Assembly: GCF_006345805.1 (NCBI RefSeq) | Contig: NC_043007.1 | Location: 18,538,001 to 18,602,000, forward strand | DNA length: 64,000 nt | Origin: Octopus sinensis | Taxonomy: Eukaryota | Direction: 5' to 3' | Shown here: in pieces, positions 38,108 to 64,000 of the stretch | Position numbering within the stretch: position 1 is the first letter of the stretch | Layout of the letters: every line of letters begins with the position of its first letter | Made by a program: the position numbers and the translations under genes | Notes under the pieces: generated by a model | What the model saw: the letters and a program-made list of their open reading frames with translations, nothing else | Told to the model about the DNA's origin: nothing | Databases searched by the model: none

Positions 38108-38836
38108 GTAAATGTAATATGTGACAATTATTAGGTAGCCATGATAAAACTCCGAGTTTCGGATGCCTACCTTGCCTACCTAGACTGCACATCCCTGATA
38201 AGCTTTCACACAGTTTCTAACCAGCAAATACACTCACAAGATGTCAGTTGGCCTTTTCTTTTAAAATTATAAAGTGTGACCTGAGAAAAATTTAGCTACC
38301 ATTTCTAGTTGACAAAGTTACTCAGTAGGAGCTCCTGTGTTGGCTCAAGTTATATAATATTTAATGTGTATGTGTATATAATAATAATAATAATGAAATT
38401 ATTGTATAGAGTGCTTAGGTGCACCACAACTTGTCAGAAAGTGCATATAAAGTACATGCAGTAATGTAGAAATATCTGGAAAGCGAACAGTGTATGAGTC
38501 AGATACATGCTTGTGTGTGTATGGAGGGGAGAAAATCAGGTGTAGTGTTGTCGAATCTCAGGAAGCATGGAAGTTTTGAAGGATGCAGTGCTCCGACAAC
38601 TAACAACTGATGCCGGCAGTTTGTTCCATGCTTCAGCAACTCTCAGCGTGAAAAGATGTTTCCTGTAAATCAATACCCATTCTTGTATTTCATATAATTC
38701 CAAAAAACTTTCCAATTTAACGTTGGTTGTAAATTAAAAATTTTATTTGTCTCTCTCTCTTTTCTGTTACAGAAGTTTCATATTGGAAAGTATTGGTGCA
38801 TTCCAGAAATCTTCTTTGAACAGTGGAACATTCTGA
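21067..38836 (+). CDS. BABAM2: BRISC and BRCA1-A complex member 2 (BRE/BRCC45), 11 exons, 378 aa
   Basis: Exons 21067-21188, 25926-26002, 27781-27878, 29070-29261, 30538-30615, 31577-31677, 33163-33262, 34465-34535, 35526-35608, 37439-37589, 38773-38836 sum to 1137 nt, open to TGA. Diagnostic peptides: [77 protein letters not shown]. Confidence 0.96.
25306..25347 (+). ncRNA. minimal hammerhead-like motif (G12A)
   Basis: GTAC-CTGAAGA-GACCC(agaac)GGGTC-AAAA-CATGTG-TT/GTAC. Confidence 0.6.
25926..26002 (+). CDS. BABAM2: BABAM2 exon 2
   Basis: [25 protein letters not shown]; 77 nt. Confidence 0.93.
27241..27470. mobile_element. piggyBac-type MITE with TTAA TSD
   Basis: TTAA-CCCTTTCGTTAC (27245-27256) ... 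GTAACGAAAGGG-TTAA (27455-27470). A related TTAA-CCCTTTAG family occurs at about 16921-17137, 4032-4200 and 12215-12445. Confidence 0.88.
27781..27878 (+). CDS. BABAM2: BABAM2 exon 3
   Basis: [32 protein letters not shown]. Confidence 0.93.
28050..28325 (+). mobile_element. tRNA-headed SINE-like element carrying a hammerhead motif
   Basis: A box TGGCGTAGTGG at 28057-28067, B box GAGTTCGATTCC at 28099-28110, (AAT)n spacer, hammerhead at 28204-28247. The 3' portion is repeated in inverted orientation at about 31180-31290. Confidence 0.65.
28204..28247 (+). ncRNA. minimal type-I hammerhead ribozyme motif, core intact
   Basis: ACAC-CTGAAGA-A-GGCTG(gagggtatat)CAGCC-GAAA-TG-TT/GTGT: stem I ACAC/GTGT, CUGANGA, 5-bp stem II, GAAA, short stem III, GUU cleavage triplet. 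Confidence 0.75.
28480..28800 (-). mobile_element. probable RTE LINE 5' region fragment
   Basis: ggcaccagcttggttgcaggagctgccaga...gtctacggggctctactccagattt resembles RTE 5' regions as recalled. Confidence 0.45.
29070..29261 (+). CDS. BABAM2: BABAM2 exon 4
   Basis: [64 protein letters not shown]. Confidence 0.93.
30538..30615 (+). CDS. BABAM2: BABAM2 exon 5
   Basis: [26 protein letters not shown]. Confidence 0.9.
31245..31288 (-). ncRNA. hammerhead-like motif, second copy of the 28204 family (G12A)
   Basis: Minus: ACAC-CTGAAGA-T-GGCTG(gagggtatat)CAGCC-AAAA-TG-TT/GTGT. Confidence 0.6.
31577..31677 (+). CDS. BABAM2: BABAM2 exon 6
   Basis: [33 protein letters not shown]. Confidence 0.93.
33163..33262 (+). 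CDS. BABAM2: BABAM2 exon 7
   Basis: [33 protein letters not shown]. Confidence 0.93.
34465..34535 (+). CDS. BABAM2: BABAM2 exon 8
   Basis: [23 protein letters not shown]. Confidence 0.93.
35526..35608 (+). CDS. BABAM2: BABAM2 exon 9
   Basis: [27 protein letters not shown]. Confidence 0.93.
37439..37589 (+). CDS. BABAM2: BABAM2 exon 10
   Basis: [49 protein letters not shown]. Confidence 0.95.
38773..38836 (+). CDS. BABAM2: BABAM2 exon 11 (terminal coding)
   Basis: [20 protein letters not shown]. Confidence 0.88.
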
Positions 38837-39668
38837 GTCAATGTTTTAGAAGAAAGCTTTGAGCAGTGACCATCCACTTGTCATATGGAACAATTGATCA
38901 AGAAAACATAATAACAACAACAACAATAATAATAATAATAATAATAATAAATGGTGATGATGATGATGATGATGAATAACCCCACTTGACGGTTACTCTG
39001 AGAAATAATCGGATAATCAAAAAACTCAGTATTTATCATACAATCAACAGTTGGAGAATACGTGCAAACACTGGAATGCACACCAACATGCATGTAAATA
39101 TGCATTTATCAAAACAGTAGGGATCGTTCCAATCCAGGCCATCCCCTAGCATTTCATGCAGTTCTATGACTGAGAGATGAAACAGATGCACACACCAAGT
39201 ACACACCGGTACACCTCATTAATCAACCAACCAAGCATATCATTAATCAATTAATTAATGATACTTAAGCACTCTGGATACCCATGGATTGATTATATAA
39301 CAACCAGTTGTATTTATCTCAAAGGAAATGATAATATCAAATGGATAACGAATGATGATTGTTTCCAGAACAATGCTTGTTTATTACTTACAATGATAGG
39401 TAAATTCCAATTGAAGAAATTCTATATTGTAGATTTGTATAATAAACAAACGGTTTGGGAGGCAGATAAAATCTGCCTTTTATAATAAGAGATTAACATA
39501 GTAAACAACCATTCTCATAGAAATGGTCATCACCTGAAGGAAAATCACCTTCATTCCTTATATATATATATATAATTAATAATATCAAAGGGTAATCTGA
39601 AATATTAGAAATTTCCATTACCAGTGGCCTAACGTGTAAAAATTTATATAATATATTATTCATATAAA

Positions 39669-40089
39669 TACAGTGTATGTTTAAACACATAAGAGGCATC
39701 CATCATAGGACTACCTGCACGCTAGAGAGGACAGTTAAATTCCAAACCACTATTAGGGATAAAATTTTGAAGGGAATGAAAAATAAAAACATTTACCATC
39801 TAACTCCTGGACCAATGGTTTCAGACTTTTTTTAGTAAATAAAATAATTTGCTAAGTATTCTACAGCATGTACATCTTAGATTAAATATATATATACATG
39901 AGGCAATCCAGTATTTTATTTGCTAAACAAAGTCTGAAACCATTGGTCCAGGAGTTAGATGGTAAATGTTTTTATTTTTCATTCCCTTCGAAGTTTTATC
40001 CCTAATAGTGGTGTGGAATTTAACTGTCCTCTCTAGCATGCAAGGAGTCCTATGATGGATGCCTCTTGTGTGTTTAAATGTACACTGTA
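39669..40089. mobile_element. Tc1/mariner-type foldback MITE, ~175-bp inverted arms, TA TSD
   Basis: TA-CAGTGTATGTTTAAACAC ... GTGTTTAAATGTACACTG-TA; arms about 39669-39845 and 39913-40089. Confidence 0.88.
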
Positions 40090-43055
40090 ATTGTATGTAT
40101 ATATATATGTATATATGTATACACGTATGTATGTATGTATGTATATTTGTTATATATCTCAATCATATGTTAAGGAAGTATTTAAAATATGTTATAGATG
40201 CAGAAAGCTGATTCAGTATTATTTTTCTTAACGAAGCAATACCTTATAATTGTTTTAATGCTGCCTTATATTTCTTTAAAGGCCATTGAAGTACATGCTC
40301 TATCATGAGACACCACTTAGTTAATGCATGCTTCTTTTTCATATATATACACACACACATGTATATACACACATGCATGCATACATATATATGTAAAGCA
40401 ATGAGGTGTGATGACTGAAAAAGTCGTAAATATGAAGTCATAATTTCAATCATTGGCCTAATCTGTTGGTAATGACTTTCTGTGACAATGCAGTTGATAA
40501 TCAATTACAGCTATCTCTAAGAACATTTTCTCCTGCAATTCCTGTTAATTTGTAGAACTGTTGATTTTTTTTTTTTTTATGGAAAACATAATATCAAAAT
40601 GTTTATTTATTAAGCATTTAGACATGAGCTTTTCCATAATTTTTTTTTTAAATCTTAGCTTAGCACCATCTCAGAATTGTATTCTGTATGGCGCTGCTTT
40701 GACATTGGTTCTGGTGAAGAAACAGAGGGGACAACTTAGATTTATCTCTCAAATCATCCAATTTGATAACAACATCAGAACTGAAAAATCTAATTCCTCT
40801 CTATATTGGAAACGACAAATATTTAATTATTTATTACACTTTTAGTGACATGTTGCTAACGCTAGCAAACCAAGCTACAGATGTAAAGATTACGAGTTCA
40901 AACTTTACTGCAGGCACTTTGTTGTGCCCTCAACTCACTTTTATTTGCCAAGCTTATAAAGAAATGCTACTGACTCCACTACTTTATGCTTGAATGGCTG
41001 CTGTTAAGAAGGCCATGTTACAGTCTTAAAGCACACGTTGCAAGAACTTTTACAAATGATCTGAATTTGCAGATATATCCAACCCATAGAAAAAAAATAT
41101 GGAAATTATATAAAAAAGAATTTTAAATTTGTCTTTGTATTTTGTTTTTACTATTTAGAGATAATTTGATGAGGTGAAGCTTGGGTTTGGCACCACCAAT
41201 GCCCTCTTAGACAATTACAGACTTTCTCAGTTAAGAGTAAGTCATTGTACATAACATTCATTGTATTAGAAGGTGACAAAGGGCCTCTCGCTCAGAGTAA
41301 AAGGTAGACTGTATGACACATGTGTATGAACAGCCATGCTACATGGTAGTGAAACATGGGCCGTGACTGCTGAGGACATGCATAAGCTCACGAGGAATGA
41401 AGCCAGTATGCTCCGATGGATGTGTAATGTCAGTGTGCATACTTGACAGTGTAAGCACCTTGAGAGAAAAGTTGGACCTAAGAAGCATCAGATGTGGTGT
41501 GCAAGAGAGAATGTTTGGGCTGGTATGGTCATGTGGCGAGAATGGATGAGGATAGCCGTGTGAAAAAGTGTCACACCCTAGCGGTTGATCGTTGCCAGAG
41601 CAGAAAACTGGCTTCCATGCCTGTGGCATGTAAAAAGCACCATTCGAGTGTGATCGTTACCAGCGTCACCTTACTGGTACTTGTGCCGGTGGCACATGAA
41701 AAAACATTTGAGCGAGGAAGTTGCCAGTGCAGGTGGCATGTAAAAACACCATTTGAATGTGGTCGTTGCCACTTATTCTTTGTAAGCCTAGTACTTATTC
41801 TATCAGTCTCTTTTGGTGAACCGCTAAGTTATGGGGGCGTAAACACACCAGTATCGGTTGTCAAGCGATGTTGGGGGGACAAACACAGACACACAAACAT
41901 ATACACACACACACATACATATATACGATGGGCTTCTTTCGGTTTCTATCTACTAAATCCACTCACAAGGCTTTGGTCAGCCCGAGGCTATAGTAGAAGA
42001 CACTTGGTCAAGGTACCACGCAGTGGGACTGAACCCGGAACCATGTGGTTCGTAAGCAAGCTACTTACTACACAGCCACTCCTATGCCTATGTTGAAGAT
42101 GTATTACATCTTGACCACATTGTTACCTGGCAACATAGAGATAGGCACAACTAGTTAGCTGTGAAGTAAGAACAAGATGGAAAAATATTTAGGGTGCTTT
42201 TACCTTTGTTGGCAAACAAAGGAGTTCTCTTTCTGAGTGAAGACCAAACTTGTGATACTTGTACATAATGCATATTGTTACATGCTAGTGAAACAGGGGC
42301 AGTGCAAGTGGAGGATGAGTAAAGGCTAGAAAGAAGTGAGGTGAGTATGCTCTTGGATGTGTAAGCTTAGTGTGTGTATCAAAAGAGCTGAGAGAATGAT
42401 GGTTATAAGGGGAATCAGATGTGTATAAGAGGAAAGGCTTTTGCTTGTGTTAGAACTATCTAGAGCAGTAGATTGTTAGAGCATTTGGAAAAAATGCCAC
42501 ATGATATTAGATCCAACTTGGTCTTTACATTCTGAGTTCAAATTCTGCTGAGGTCAAATTTGCATTTCATCCCTCTAGGGTTAGTAAGATAAGGTACCAG
42601 TCAAACACTGGATTGAATGTATTGACCAAAACCTATTGGCCTTGTGTCTGAGTTAGAAAGCATTAATTACATTCATTAAGGCAAACAAGCTGGCAGAACC
42701 ATTAGCATAATGGACAAAGTGCTTTGCAGCATTTCTTCCAGCTCTTTACATTCTAAGTTCAAATTACACCAAGGTCAACTTTGCCTTTCATCGCTTCGGG
42801 ATTGCTGAAGTAAAGTACCATTCTTATACTGGAGTCAATGTAATCAACTTGTCCCCTCACCTCAAAAATGCAGGCCCTGAACCCTGCAACAGACTGGTGA
42901 CCAGTTCAGGGGGAATGTTTGTGATTTCTGTAACTTATGCACCAAAGAAACCAGCGTTTCTGTGATTTCTAAACATTTTTGGAGACCTTACTTTTGGGAT
43001 TACCCTCGTATATAAAAAAAAGACTTATTTTATCATCACGAAATATGTATAGACA

Positions 43056-43061
43056 TTTATT
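43056..43061 (-). terminator. candidate IQUB polyadenylation signal AATAAA
   Basis: AATAAA on the minus strand 40 nt downstream of the IQUB stop codon. Confidence 0.5.
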
Positions 43062-43100
43062 CACACATTCAAAACAGTTTTATTTGCCACTATCCTTTCA

Positions 43101-61933
<18,833 letters not shown>

Positions 61934-62169
61934 CTAATGAAGAAGAGAAAATTCATTTTTCAGAAATGGGAATGATGATCATGTCAGATGTTATAATATA
62001 TATGTTACAAACTGGCATGGTAGTTACCCTTTGGATATTTAAAATAAGACATAGATGTTACATTAATGATAAATTATGATGGTGATGTTGATGATGAAGA
62101 TGATGCTGTACATAGAACCAAGTGGTTGAGAAACAATCTTCTTACCACAAAGTCAAAATGCACCTATGG

Positions 62170-62273
62170 AAAAAAAAATATAGAACACTTCATGAATTTG
62201 TGTGTCATCCTTGTGCAGAGGCCATGCTAATCTTCCCTGTGTTGTTCCAATTTTTAGAATATGTACTGCAGAA
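62170..62273 (-). pseudogene. U6 snRNA pseudogene
   Basis: Minus strand reads TTCTGCAGTACATATTCTAAAAATTGGAACAACACAGGGAAGATTAGCATGGCCTCTGCACAAGGATGACACACAAATTCATGAAGTGTTCTATATTTTTTTT, collinear with U6. The ACAGAGA box is mutated to ACAGGGA, there is CpG-decay-type substitution, and the 5' end is lost. Confidence 0.92.
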
Positions 62274-62334
62274 TATATATATGATAGATTCTCTCAGCAT
62301 GAACAACAAATGAGGGTTCAGTAAAATAAAGTGG

Positions 62335-63095
62335 TAATCATGTTCTATGGACATGCATGCATCTCTTGAGGCCTGCTGGTGCCTTACAAACCTTTTGGTA
62401 AATGGAACAAGTTGAGGACTCAGTTTGCTTTAGTGCTTGTGGATCATTTACTATGTGTTTTCTTGAGTGGACAGCAAGGCCCACTTTGCTCTGTCCCACA
62501 AAACCACAATGACAAGTAAAGTTTTCATTTAGAGGAGCAGCATTTTACCAACATGCCTTCATGTTTGCATGAAGTTGATCCCGATGTTGGAGTCAGTTTT
62601 GCTCAAATCTTTGAACCGAGGAGAAGCAGGACTGGTGCCAGGTCCATCATCATCATCATCATTGTTCAACTGTGGTCGAGACAATGGAATTTACTATGTT
62701 ACGCCAGACTTCACGGTCCATCATAGCATTACGGAGGTCCTGTTGCTGGATGCCTGTATCCCTGGAGATTACATCAGGGTAGGAGAGTGTGCGCCCTCTG
62801 GTATCGTGAGCAGATGGCTTCCAAAGGAGAAGAGTAGAAATTACCTCGTTTTTAGATCTACAACAATGTCCAGCAAATTGGACTCTTCTACCTTTCACAA
62901 GAGATGATACAGGTGGTAATTTCCCATATATTTGTACTTTGGTTGGATGATGCTTCCACGAGAGATTTTGAGCTGGACCTGGTGCCAGGTCCTGTAGTTT
63001 GATGCTTTGTTTTCACAGAATAAAAGGAGAATATAGCATCTCTTCAGATTTTCTTTTAGTTTGCCTTTGAAGCGCAAGAAGTGGCCTTCCAACTG
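62335..63095 (-). mobile_element. older RTE-like LINE 3' fragment with two C2H2-like fingers (host of nested insert)
   Basis: After removing 62646-62992: LRFKGKLKENLKRC...RTWHQSCFSSVQRFEQN, then (frameshifted) FTCHCGFVGQSKVGLAVHSRKH and CSIYQKVCKAPAGLKRCMHVH. Confidence 0.6.
62646..62978 (-). mobile_element. RTE-group LINE 3' fragment with (GAT)n tail and 14-bp TSD
   Basis: NLSWKHHPTKVQIYGKLPPVSSLVKGRRVQFAGHC...DLRNAMMDREVWR; TSD CTGGTGCCAGGTCC at 62632-62645 and 62979-62992. Confidence 0.88.
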
Positions 63096-63110
63096 ATCTT
63101 TGTGTTATGG

Positions 63111-63280
63111 ATGGAACACTTACTTTTAGGATTCTGAGTTTCAGTGCAAACAATTCAACAGCTTGTGCAAGGGTAATGAATACATACTGCATGAATTACA
63201 CTTGCAAGAAAACTAATGAAGTACAACATTCATTGAATTGTTTGCACAGAAACTCAAAGTCCTGAAAGTGAGTGTTCCAT
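63111..63280. mobile_element. small foldback MITE, 48-bp inverted arms
   Basis: 63111-63158 vs reverse complement of 63233-63280, 43/48 identical. Confidence 0.8.
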
Positions 63281-64000
63281 ACGAGTATCATTTAATAAAT
63301 TTAGTCCTCCATTTCCAACAATATTGAGGTATAATTCTGTTGTTGCTACATATGGTTGGTTGATGTGTGTGTATGTGTGTGTGTATGTGTGTGTGTGTGT
63401 GTGTATGTGTGTGTATGTGTGTGTGTGTGTGTGTGTGTGCGTGTGTGCTCAAAGAAATAGCTGTGTAGTAAAGTTCGCTTCCCAACCATGTACTTTCAGT
63501 TTCGGTACCACTACATGACACGTTTGGTATGAGTCTCCTCTTATAGTACCATACCAGACTGACCAACCTTGCGAATAGATTTGTTAGACAGAAACTGAAA
63601 GAAGCCCGTCATACATGTGTGTGTATGTGTATGCATGAATATGTTTGTGCGAGTAAGTATTATATTTCTCTTGATCTTCGCATGTGCTTGTGGGCTGTAA
63701 ATAATGACGATGACGTGATTTGCTTGTGCTCAACCACAAAGCATGTCTAAGTTACCCACTACACTCATGGAGTGGTTGGCATTAAGAAGGGCATACAGCT
63801 GTAGAAACATTGCCAGATCAGACTGGAGCCTGGTGCAGCCTCCTGGCTTCCCAGACCCCGGTCGAACAGTCCAACCCATGCTAGCATGGAAAACGGACGC
63901 TAAACGCTGATGATGATGATGATGATGATGATACATATAAATATATACATATATATATATATATATAATAACAAATTAATAAATAAAACATATGCATATA

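Noticed and set aside
38143-38203. Hammerhead-like fold on the minus strand (GGATG..CATCC-GAAACTCGGAGTT)
   Set aside because: The core reads CTTATCA (two invariant positions changed) and stem I is poor; at most a dead remnant.
41494-42096. Longest ORF in the track (200 aa)
   Set aside because: A chimera of RTE fragment, SINE A units and antisense SINE B; not a gene.

Overview
AT-rich, microsatellite- and SINE-dense eukaryotic genomic DNA. The repeat families suggest an octopus or other coleoid cephalopod (inference). Three multi-exon protein-coding genes were reconstructed by hand from GT-AG boundaries with consistent phases. (1) A DDX28-like mitochondrial DEAD-box helicase on the minus strand has 13 coding exons at 306-19130; its last exon probably lies left of the window. 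(2) BABAM2/BRE on the plus strand is complete, with 11 exons at 21067-38836 (378 aa), head-to-head with DDX28. (3) IQUB on the minus strand has 10 exons at 43101-61933; its N-terminus lies right of the window. Introns are packed with tRNA-derived and RTE-tailed SINEs, LINE fragments (RTE, CR1/L2, R4/Dong-like), mariner/Tc1/piggyBac MITEs, Helitron/Helentron elements and a U6 pseudogene. The most unusual signal is six minimal type-I hammerhead-ribozyme-like motifs with palindromic stem III, the architecture known from Penelope-like elements. One has an intact core and sits behind a tRNA-type Pol III head. Also notable are several long near-perfect hairpins, a duplicated IQUB splice donor that creates a potential 27-nt microexon, and SINE head/tail shuffling. 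Most ORFs in the supplied track are spurious translations of repeats.
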